A stretch of DNA of 37,919 nucleotides from a candidate division WOR-3 bacterium (GTDB lineage: Bacteria; SDB-A): positions 1 to 37,919 of the forward strand of contig JAFGSQ010000014.1 in assembly GCA_016934535.1 (NCBI GenBank), read 5' to 3'. A program made the translations under genes and the position numbers. The notes beneath the pieces are model-generated. The model had not been told where the DNA came from, did not search any database, and worked only from the letters and a program-made list of their open reading frames with translations. This document shows positions 9,204 through 17,458 of this stretch, in pieces. How positions within the stretch are numbered: position 1 is the first letter of the stretch; each line of letters starts with the position of its first letter.

Positions 9204-10646
9204 CTATTCTATTTTATCAAGCCAGTTTTTGAACGCTTCAAGTCCTCGTTGGTTGTATTCGTATTCAGATTTTTTAGCTGAATCTCCGGATTTTTCCTCC
9301 TTTTTATCCTTTTTGCCATTGTCGTCAGGTGAAAGAATGGACATGTGCTTTTCTATTTTTTTCAATTCCTCAAGAGTCTCGGAAGCGACTTGATCGAACA
9401 AGAGGCCTTCGTCATCTTTAGCGGGTACTTCTTCACGTTCAGGCTGTTCAGTTAATTCCTCTTTTTCCACGGCATTTAACATTTCGTTTTCTTCCGGAGA
9501 CTGAACTGGAAATTCTGCTTCATTATCTTCGGGCGCGGTTTCGTCATATTTTTCTTCTTCTTTCTCCGGTTCCAGCAGTTTTTTCAGTCTTTCTATGTCT
9601 TCGTTTAATTCCGGATTATCGGGCAGAAGCTTCTCGAATATTGAAAGAGCCTTGGAATAGTTACCCTGTTTCTCGTATATTTTCGCCATAGTAATGCTTT
9701 CAATTTCTCCCTCGTAGAGTTTGACTTCGTCTTCTTTCACTTCTTCACCGGTTTCAGAATACTCCTCTACGTTCGCTCCGTGCTGAACCTGCAAATCTGA
9801 AATCTCTCCGTTTTGCTCTTCCGGGAAAGGTTTGTTCTCCTTTTCAGTCTGGATTTCTTCATTATTTTTTTCTTCCATACCCTGGTCAATGCTTTCTTCA
9901 AGCTGTTTTTCGAGCATTTCAACTTCAAGTTCGAGGGAAACATCATCTTCGAGCTGATCCATAACTGAATCTCCTGGAAGACCTGTCCGTTTCTCTTCCG
10001 GTTCTTCTTCTCCGAATATGTCCTCTATCTGCAGAGTTTTTTCTATAGGTAACTCGATTTCGAGATCCTGATCTTTGTATGCCTCTTCGGCTCCCATTAT
10101 GGCTTCTTCAAAAATCTCCAGGTCGGAATCGGTATCTTCTTTTTTGTCTTTGGCGTTCTGCTTCGTTTCGCGGTTTTCCTCGCCTGCCTTTTCCATCTTC
10201 GTTCGCATTTGTTCACGGACATTCTGCTTTTTTACAATGTCTTCTATCTCATTCACAATCTGCTGAAGGCTTTCATCGAAAGGCGTAAGGGCGAGGAGTT
10301 TTTTATAGGACTCAAGGGCTTTTTCGTATTTTCCTGTTTTGTACGCTCCTTTGCCGACTTTCTGGAGAGCGAGGAGGTTTTCTTTGTCCCTGTCGAGAAC
10401 TTTCAAATAAGTGTCGAGTGCTTTGATTTCTTCTCCGTTTTTTTCGAAGCACTTGCCGAGTACCATCAGTCCGGAAATATATTCAGGGTGTTTCGAAACG
10501 CCTTTTTCAGCAATTTCTAAAGCTTTCTCTGCCAAGTCCTCTGAGAGATAAGCATCCGCGAGCCTCGCAAAAATCAGCGAATCCGGTTCGGAATCAAACT
10601 TCTTCTGCAGTTTAATGATTTCGGGGCTCGGTGATTTTTCAGCCAT
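9204..10646 (-). CDS. TPR protein with long acidic, probably disordered regions
   Basis: N-terminal TPRs (FARLADAY..HPEY..LGKCF), Glu-rich linker, isolated TPR (TMAKIYEKQG), C-terminal amphipathic FKNWLDKI. Confidence 0.8.
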   Translation of the reverse strand: MAEKSPSPEIIKLQKKFDSEPDSLIFARLADAYLSEDLAEKALEIAEKGVSKHPEYISGLMVLGKCFEKNGEEIKALDTYLKVLDRDKENLLALQKVGKGAYKTGKYEKALESYKKLLALTPFDESLQQIVNEIEDIVKKQNVREQMRTKMEKAGEENRETKQNAKDKKEDTDSDLEIFEEAIMGAEEAYKDQDLEIELPIEKTLQIEDIFGEEEPEEKRTGLPGDSVMDQLEDDVSLELEVEMLEKQLEESIDQGMEEKNNEEIQTEKENKPFPEEQNGEISDLQVQHGANVEEYSETGEEVKEDEVKLYEGEIESITMAKIYEKQGNYSKALSIFEKLLPDNPELNEDIERLKKLLEPEKEEEKYDETAPEDNEAEFPVQSPEENEMLNAVEKEELTEQPEREEVPAKDDEGLLFDQVASETLEELKKIEKHMSILSPDDNGKKDKKEEKSGDSAKKSEYEYNQRGLEAFKNWLDKIE

Positions 10647-10654
10647 CTAGCCTC

Positions 10655-11662
10655 CTATGATATCATTTTAAATGTTTTAACGATAAGCCTCAGCTCTTCG
10701 AGATAAAACGACTTCTTGTTTCCGGGCGCAAAAAGATGCACGTCTAGAATGAATGTCCTTCCGTTTTCCGAAACAACCCAGGATTTAAAAGGTCCGCCAA
10801 TTCCTTTTTCGCTGTTTTGCCAGATGCCTTCGAACCAATAACCCATTTCGTCGGAGCCAAAGTTCTTAACATCGCAGGAGTCGCCGCCCAAAAAAGCGGC
10901 GGCAAAATTGTCTCTCAATAAAGGGAAAGTCTCTTCTGTCAAAATAGTTTGGTTCGAGTCATTGAACCAAAACAGGATAACATAACGGCTAAGTGCGTTG
11001 TCGGTTCCGCTTCTCATGTGCTGAACTGTTATGACGTGACCTTTTTGCGGTGATCCCTGTGAATCCGCGACCACATAATAATAAGGCATTTTTATATCGA
11101 AACCATATCCCGCTCTCAAAGCAAGAGACAGGTTCTCCTGATAGCCTCCGGCGTAAATCATATATTCAATTCTTTCAGAAGCTGCTTCAAAAAACAAACT
11201 GAAAATATTTTCGGAATTGTTTTCTATAAGTTCAACCAAACCGTTTGTGTCTTTTTCTATTACCACAACAAGCTGAGGAGATGCCCAGACATCTTCCGCG
11301 CTTTGTATCCCTTCCTCAAGCATAATTTTTCCGCCGATGATTCGCCGGATTTCTTCCCTATTTTGTGGAGTGATGATGAATATGAGGTTGTGTCTTCTCC
11401 AGTAATCCGTGCGTTTTTCCCAGAATTTTTCGGGGCTGATGTATTCCATGTCGAACACATGCTCGAAAGAAGGGTAATATCGCATGTCCCACAGTATATT
11501 CTTAACTGTTCCGGAGCAAATTCTCCAGGTCAAAGTGTCCGTTACAACTTCGACCATGTCCCTCGGTCCGAAAGCGTGAGGTTTGTATCCCTGACTGCAA
11601 AACAAACAAAGAAACGGCAGAAGAGCAGCCAAGAAGACGCTTTTTAACAATCCTTTCTTCAT
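10655..11662 (-). CDS. DUF4837-like exported protein/lipoprotein
   Basis: Signal peptide ending LFC. EDVWASPQLVV, EGIWQN..GIGGPFKS and FAPGNKK motifs resemble DUF4837. Confidence 0.7.
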   Translation of the reverse strand: MKKGLLKSVFLAALLPFLCLFCSQGYKPHAFGPRDMVEVVTDTLTWRICSGTVKNILWDMRYYPSFEHVFDMEYISPEKFWEKRTDYWRRHNLIFIITPQNREEIRRIIGGKIMLEEGIQSAEDVWASPQLVVVIEKDTNGLVELIENNSENIFSLFFEAASERIEYMIYAGGYQENLSLALRAGYGFDIKMPYYYVVADSQGSPQKGHVITVQHMRSGTDNALSRYVILFWFNDSNQTILTEETFPLLRDNFAAAFLGGDSCDVKNFGSDEMGYWFEGIWQNSEKGIGGPFKSWVVSENGRTFILDVHLFAPGNKKSFYLEELRLIVKTFKMIS

Positions 11663-13683
11663 TTCACGTAAACCATTCTCTCGGTCATGCTTTGATTTCC
11701 TGAGATTACAACACAGAAATATATCCCTGAAGGCTGAAGGTTCATGTCGTATACAAATCTTCCTTCGAAATCTCCGGAAGTCACAATTCTTCCGGAAATG
11801 TCAAATATTCTTACTGAAGAAAGATTGTCGGATTCAACGATTAAATAATTATCGGAAATAAACAATGTCGCAATCGAACCGTTCGTTGGTTCAGAAATCT
11901 CTTCTTCTGCGAAAGATGACGAACCTAAAAAGCACAGCGCAGGATCACCAAAATATGTACGGTCTAAAAGGGTGTATAAATTTCTGTCGTAACCGCCGTA
12001 ATAATTAATGTCCCAGAAGGGAATCAATTTACTTTTGGAAGCGTAAAAAGCCGGTCCGAGAGAGAATATTGAACTGTCGAACACGGCTTCAGCAAACCAA
12101 ATATCCATGTATTCACTCGGACCCATTGCAGGTAATATACCTTCCCATCCGTAACTCGTGTTGAACGCGCTTACAATTCCTCCGCCACCCTCTTTATTGA
12201 GCAAAGCCACTGCCGCGCAGTTTCCTTCATGATAAGCCCCCGACATACAGGCTATCGAAGTGTGAACCGCCAGTTTCCCTCCGTTAGTCATGTTTGCTAT
12301 ATCGTTGACGTGCAACATTCTGATGTAATATGAATTATACCAGTATACCCCGCTGCGGTTTCCATGTCCGGCCCAATGTGTCCATGCTACGCCGTCGTTG
12401 ACCGAATCTATCGCGCCTTCCGGGGAATTTCCGTAAAGCGTCTCATACATTTTGATGTGATGCCATCCCTGAGGAAGGTGATCGGCAATGGATTCGCAGA
12501 CTGCTTCGCCTGTAATTGTGTAATACTGGTTATCGAAAAGAACTGCTCCGGCTAAAAGACTTTTCGTTCTCCAATCACCCTGCGGCGGATTCTGTTCGTA
12601 TTCGCAAATCTTCCGGACGTTGACACTTAATTCCGAAGACGATCCGACGACCAGTCTTCCGACGAAAACATCGGCGTACAAATCGAGGCTGTCGTTTGGT
12701 TGTCCGTATCTGTTGTCGGCAGTGAAGTTCCAATCGCCGTCGAGATCCGCGAAATAAAGATCAACAGGCGCACTGTCATCATAAAATACACCGTTTGTAT
12801 CCCGGCAGGAAATAAACAATTCTCTTGGCTGAAGCAGATTTCTATTTCCGACGAGGAGGATGAATGAAACTCCGTCTTCGGAGTGTCTTTGAATTATGTA
12901 ATTCCTGATTTTTTCCGGTAAATCGTACCCTGTAACGGTAGCCGAAATTCTTTCTTTCGAAGCAGTGTCACATACAAGACCTTTTAATGTTCTCAAAGTA
13001 AGGAGTGAATCCATCGCCGGAGTGTTCAGAAGGCTCAAAGGGGCAATGATGAGATAATCTGCGTTTCCTTCAGTCACGGGCGGCGCTGAGGATGCTAGCG
13101 CTTCCGGATTGCATACTATAAATCCGATAATGCTCCTGTGTAAATAATCCCCGAGCGGCGTATTGAAATGAATTTCTCCCGTTCTTTCATATTCGACAGT
13201 GACTGAAACATCTTCGTAGACACTGACTTCTTTTGTGACCGGATTCCATTGATAAGGCGTCAGAAATACACTTGCTATTTTAAAACCCGATTGATTTCCG
13301 AAATGGTGCCATTGGAGGATTTTATCCGGATATACATCTTGGCTTTCATAGACCGCGGGATCACAAAGAAAAACAACATTTCGTCTTGTGCCCAAAGGTG
13401 CGGGTAGAACTGCCGGTAAAGGAGTCACTGCCGTACCGGCTATTGTCAGATTTTCACCTTCGCATCTGACGCTTAGCAGCGAGGCGTCATAGGGCAAAAG
13501 TATCTGCAGGTGTTTGGCCGGAAGAACCGGCTCAAATGTTCTGCCGAACATATCAGCTCCCTCGGCTGAAATAAGGGTGTATTCGCCGTAATTGCTAAAC
13601 TCTGTTGCGGTTTTGTCAAAATGTGCGTTGAACGTATAGCTCAGTGGCTGACAAACAATCATCAATGAGAGAAGAAAACTCAT
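11659..13683 (-). CDS. Peptidase C25 (gingipain family) with propeptide and T9SS type A-like C-terminal sorting domain
   Basis: DYLIIAP, ILLVG, DLYFADLDG, DVFVGRL, catalytic His (AGHG) and Cys (IACMSG), FGDPA. Tail IFDISGRIV..PSGIYF..RMVYVK. Confidence 0.9.
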   Translation of the reverse strand: MSFLLSLMIVCQPLSYTFNAHFDKTATEFSNYGEYTLISAEGADMFGRTFEPVLPAKHLQILLPYDASLLSVRCEGENLTIAGTAVTPLPAVLPAPLGTRRNVVFLCDPAVYESQDVYPDKILQWHHFGNQSGFKIASVFLTPYQWNPVTKEVSVYEDVSVTVEYERTGEIHFNTPLGDYLHRSIIGFIVCNPEALASSAPPVTEGNADYLIIAPLSLLNTPAMDSLLTLRTLKGLVCDTASKERISATVTGYDLPEKIRNYIIQRHSEDGVSFILLVGNRNLLQPRELFISCRDTNGVFYDDSAPVDLYFADLDGDWNFTADNRYGQPNDSLDLYADVFVGRLVVGSSSELSVNVRKICEYEQNPPQGDWRTKSLLAGAVLFDNQYYTITGEAVCESIADHLPQGWHHIKMYETLYGNSPEGAIDSVNDGVAWTHWAGHGNRSGVYWYNSYYIRMLHVNDIANMTNGGKLAVHTSIACMSGAYHEGNCAAVALLNKEGGGGIVSAFNTSYGWEGILPAMGPSEYMDIWFAEAVFDSSIFSLGPAFYASKSKLIPFWDINYYGGYDRNLYTLLDRTYFGDPALCFLGSSSFAEEEISEPTNGSIATLFISDNYLIVESDNLSSVRIFDISGRIVTSGDFEGRFVYDMNLQPSGIYFCVVISGNQSMTERMVYVK

Positions 13684-13736
13684 CAGTTACTCCTTAAAAT
13701 ATATCAGTGACATTTTCCTAAAATGTTGCCAGCGGA

Positions 13737-13746
13737 AGTATAGCAT
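13737..13746. promoter_or_regulatory. Extended -10 promoter for the C25 operon, overlapping an opposite -10
   Basis: Minus TG-C-TATACT (13745-13737); plus TAGCAT (13741-13746). Confidence 0.45.
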
Positions 13747-13790
13747 GTTTTAATAAATCTTGAACACTCAAACTTTAACGAGGGTGAACC

Positions 13791-14333
13791 ATGTTTGATT
13801 TAAAAGATTTTTTGAAACCTTTTCCCGAAAAAGGGAAGCGTCTTCTTGAGATCAATCCCTGTTCGAGAAGGCTTAATTTATACAAAGAAGCGGGATTTGA
13901 AATTACAGCCCTCGACATGGACCTGAACAATCTCGAAATCTGTCAAAAACTGGCTCCGGGAACAGATTTGAAATACGGCAGTCTGCTTTCGTCTCCTTTC
14001 GGGCATTCTGAACGATTCAACGTCATCGTCTTCTTTAATGTTCTTTCAGGAATGATGTTCGAAGAGGCAAAATCCTTCGTTTATTCAGTCGGAAGCACTC
14101 TGCATGACAAAGGTTTGGCAGTCTTTTCAATACCTTCCGACGATTACAAACCTCCTTGGTGGACCCAAGGCGATAACATCCCGTACGGAAAAATTGCCTG
14201 TTCGGCCCCATACACCGGAGAGGTTTTCTGCGAATACGGCTCTGACTCGATCAGAAAGTTCATGCTCGATTTCGTAGATTTGTCAATGGAAGAGACGAAC
14301 GGTTTAAAAATACTGAAAGCGGTTAAATTCTGA
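13791..14333 (+). CDS. Class I SAM-dependent methyltransferase-like protein with degenerate motif I
   Basis: GAGGGTG SD. Motif order of the class I fold (LLEI.., GFEITALD, FNVIV, LHDKGLAVF), but no Gly-rich loop. Confidence 0.55.
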   Translation: MFDLKDFLKPFPEKGKRLLEINPCSRRLNLYKEAGFEITALDMDLNNLEICQKLAPGTDLKYGSLLSSPFGHSERFNVIVFFNVLSGMMFEEAKSFVYSVGSTLHDKGLAVFSIPSDDYKPPWWTQGDNIPYGKIACSAPYTGEVFCEYGSDSIRKFMLDFVDLSMEETNGLKILKAVKF

Positions 14334-16321
14334 AAGACCCGTTCTCTGAAATCGAATCGCTGAAAGAATCCATAAGAAAAAGAGACTACGAATATTATGT
14401 CATGGACAAACCGACTATATCCGACGAAGAATACGACAAACTTTTCCAAAGATTAAAAATACTAGAAAGCGAAAATCCCCACCTCCGGACGACTGACTCT
14501 CCAACTCAGAGAATCGGAGAAAAATTGAGCGGGAAATTCAAAACGATAAGGCACAAAATCCCCATGCTTTCTCTCGACAATACCTACACCTACGATGAAA
14601 TCAGGGATTTCGACAGAAAAGCGAGGGACGCTTTATCTGTCGTCCAGATTGATTATGTCATCGAACCAAAAATAGACGGTGCGGCCGTTTCCGTGATATA
14701 CAAAAACGGCATTTTCGAGGCTGGTGTCACGAGAGGCGACGGCGAAGAAGGCGACGACATTTCAGCCAACATAAAGACTGTAAAATCCCTCCCTCTCAGA
14801 CTAAAAAATCATCTGGAAGCTCCTGCTGAACTTGAGATACGGGGAGAAGTTTACATGAGACACACCGTCCTCAATATGATAAACAGAGAAAGGGATGAAT
14901 GTAATCAGGAATTGTTTGCAAACACGAGAAACGCCGCATCAGGATCCCTTAAAAATCTCGACCCTTCTGTCACCGCCTCAAGAGAACTCGATATTATGTT
15001 TCATACGGTATTCGGGGAAACATGGATAAAACATTCTTTGGCCGTTGAATTCCTTCACACCTGCGGATTGCCCGTCTTTTTCCCTTCCGTTGTAAAAAAA
15101 AATGTCTCGGAAGTCATCGAGGAATGCGAATCGTGGAAAAAAAGAAGGAAAGACCTGGGTTACGACGTCGACGGTCTCGTAATCAAAATCGACGACTTGT
15201 CTCAGAGAAAAATTTTAGGTCAGACGATGCGTTCCCCCAAGTGGGCTATAGCTTATAAATTTCCAACAGAAAGAACGAAAACAAAAATAATCGGCATATC
15301 CGTTCAGGTAGGACGCACCGGCTTCCTGACTCCGGTCGCGTTAATGGAACCGGTCAAACTAAAGGGGACTGTCATCTCTCGCGCTTCTTTGTACAACGCC
15401 GACGAGATCGAGAGACTGGGTATAAGACCGGGTGATGAAGTCCTCATCGAAAAAGGCGGTGAAATTATACCAAAAGTCGTAGAAGTCTTGGTGCATCAGG
15501 ACGATTCAAAGCCTTTCGCAATGCCTGAAAAATGTCCTGCGTGCGGGAGCGCGGTCGTTCATTACGAAGGTGAAACTGCTTACAGATGCATATCTCCGGC
15601 TTGCCCCGCTCAGTTAAAGGCAAAAATCCTTCACTTCGCTTCCCGACAGGCCATGGACATCTCAGGAATCGGCGATAAGCTGACTGAAAAGCTTATAGAA
15701 AGCGATTTGCTTAAAGATCCGGGAGATTTGTACTTTATAAGAGAGGAAGACCTTTCAACAATAGAAAGAATGGGGTCGAAATCATCGCTCAACTTACTTT
15801 CATCAATAGATAAGAGCAAATCGAGACCTCTTCACAAGCTTTTTTATGCGTTAGGAATACCTAATGTTGGCGTAAAAACGGCGAAAAATCTTTCAGAAAA
15901 ATTCACTTCCGTAGAAGGGCTTTCTTCCGCTTCCATCGAAGAGTTTGCTGAAATACCTGAAATAGGCCCTGTCGTCGCCAAATCTATTTCAGATTATTTC
16001 GGGCTCGATCAGACTTCTGCGATGCTCTGCAAACTTGAAAAAGCGGGCGTGAAAATGAGCGGTGAAAAAAACAGACTCCGGGGAGACTCTCTGCGTGGGC
16101 TTGTATTTGTTATCACCGGAACTCTCTCAATGCCACGTGAAGAAATAAAGAGTATTATAGAAAATAACGGCGGAGAAGTGTCATCCTTCGTCAGTTCGAA
16201 AACAAATTATCTAATCGCCGGCGAATCCTGGGGCTCAAAACTAGAAAAAGCCAAAATTCTCGGTGTGAAAATAATCGGTGAAAACGAATTATTCAACTTC
16301 ATTCAGAAACAAACCGTTTGA
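14330..16321 (+). CDS. ligA: NAD-dependent DNA ligase (start extended to CTG 14330; ATT 14327 is the alternative)
   Basis: EPKIDG adenylation motif, TRGDG, RNAASGSL, VGRTG, C4 zinc finger, BRCT. The conserved Ia segment (IRKRDYEYYVMDKPTISDEEYD) begins upstream of ATG 14402. Confidence 0.95.
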   Translation: MKDPFSEIESLKESIRKRDYEYYVMDKPTISDEEYDKLFQRLKILESENPHLRTTDSPTQRIGEKLSGKFKTIRHKIPMLSLDNTYTYDEIRDFDRKARDALSVVQIDYVIEPKIDGAAVSVIYKNGIFEAGVTRGDGEEGDDISANIKTVKSLPLRLKNHLEAPAELEIRGEVYMRHTVLNMINRERDECNQELFANTRNAASGSLKNLDPSVTASRELDIMFHTVFGETWIKHSLAVEFLHTCGLPVFFPSVVKKNVSEVIEECESWKKRRKDLGYDVDGLVIKIDDLSQRKILGQTMRSPKWAIAYKFPTERTKTKIIGISVQVGRTGFLTPVALMEPVKLKGTVISRASLYNADEIERLGIRPGDEVLIEKGGEIIPKVVEVLVHQDDSKPFAMPEKCPACGSAVVHYEGETAYRCISPACPAQLKAKILHFASRQAMDISGIGDKLTEKLIESDLLKDPGDLYFIREEDLSTIERMGSKSSLNLLSSIDKSKSRPLHKLFYALGIPNVGVKTAKNLSEKFTSVEGLSSASIEEFAEIPEIGPVVAKSISDYFGLDQTSAMLCKLEKAGVKMSGEKNRLRGDSLRGLVFVITGTLSMPREEIKSIIENNGGEVSSFVSSKTNYLIAGESWGSKLEKAKILGVKIIGENELFNFIQKQTV

Positions 16322-16325
16322 AATG

Positions 16326-16808
16326 TCACTCTCCGTTTCCGGTTTTTCCCAACAACCGGGCGGGAACTCCCGCGACCACTGAATTTGCAGGAACATCTTT
16401 TGTCACAACGGCTCCGGCTCCGATGACGGCGTTTTCGCCTATAGTCACACCGCACAAAACAGTGACACCGCTGCCCACGGAAGCTCCCCTGCGGACATAT
16501 GTAGGAACGCAGGCCCAGTCTTTTTCCGTTTGAAGAGAACCGTTCTCCGTCACGGAGCGGGGATATTTATCATTGATGAAAACAACTCCGTGTCCAATGA
16601 AACAATTGTCTTCAATGTAAACGCCTTCGCAAATAAAAGTGTGACTCGAAATTTTACAATTCTTTCCTATTTTCGCGTTTTTTTGTATCTCGACGAACGC
16701 TCCGATTTTACTTCCATCGCCTATCTCACACCCATAAAGATTGACGAAGCTGAAAATCTTCACTCCCTTACCGAGTTTAACGTCTTCTGATATCATGCAG
16801 TAATTCAA
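16326..16808 (-). CDS. Hexapeptide-repeat sugar N-acetyltransferase (FdtC/QdtC/WbpD-like)
   Basis: IGKNCKISSHTFICEGV..FINDKYPRS..GAGAVVTKDVP..GVPAR. Confidence 0.85.
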   Translation of the reverse strand: MNYCMISEDVKLGKGVKIFSFVNLYGCEIGDGSKIGAFVEIQKNAKIGKNCKISSHTFICEGVYIEDNCFIGHGVVFINDKYPRSVTENGSLQTEKDWACVPTYVRRGASVGSGVTVLCGVTIGENAVIGAGAVVTKDVPANSVVAGVPARLLGKTGNGE

Positions 16809-17458
16809 ATTCCGTCTCCTTTCTTGAGAGACAAATTTCTTGTGAATTCACGCCTGTCGCCAAGCAATTTCCTGTCTTTCGCACCGTGGTATTTAGCAGC
16901 GCTTTCGTCCTGAGCGACCGGTTTTATGTCATCGATTTTCTCTATAGTTTGAAGGAACAAAGTCCAGGCAAAATCGAGGCTTTTTTTATAAACGTCTTCG
17001 ACTTCTTCCTTGTCCGGGAAAATCCGGAATTTAACCTGCGATATTACAGCCCCGGAATCTATCTTTTCCGTTATTTCGTGGATCGTTACACCGTGAAATT
17101 TTTCGTTGTTCTTCAGAGCCCAATTGACCGGGTTCAGGCCTCTGTATTCCGGTAGAAGCCCCGGGTGAATATTTATCATTTTTCCGAATCTTTCTATGTA
17201 TTTTTTTGGGAAGATTCTGTCATAAAAAACTGAAACGCCCAGGTCGATTTTTTCTTCCTGGCGAAGATCCGAAAAAAGGCCCGATTCAACGAAAGGCACA
17301 CCGTTATTTTCACACCAGGCAATAAGTGACTCCGTCCATAAAGGCTCCGGAACAACAGGAACAACGAATGTCAGTTCGAAAATGCGGCTGCAGTAAAAAT
17401 AATCCGCAATCTTAACCGCGAGAGATCCTTTTCCGAAAAGTATTACTTTTTTAATCAT
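16805..17458 (-). CDS. Formyltransferase (N10-formyl-THF dependent; sugar N-formyltransferase-like, no Fmt C-domain)
   Basis: INIHPGLLPEYRG..PVNWAL..GVTIHEI..IDSG with the catalytic N, H and D; 217 aa. Confidence 0.85.
   Translation of the reverse strand: MIKKVILFGKGSLAVKIADYFYCSRIFELTFVVPVVPEPLWTESLIAWCENNGVPFVESGLFSDLRQEEKIDLGVSVFYDRIFPKKYIERFGKMINIHPGLLPEYRGLNPVNWALKNNEKFHGVTIHEITEKIDSGAVISQVKFRIFPDKEEVEDVYKKSLDFAWTLFLQTIEKIDDIKPVAQDESAAKYHGAKDRKLLGDRREFTRNLSLKKGDGI

Noticed and set aside
16805-17458. Calling the formyltransferase fmt or purN
   Set aside because: No tRNA-binding C-domain and no PurN N-terminal SGxGS motif.
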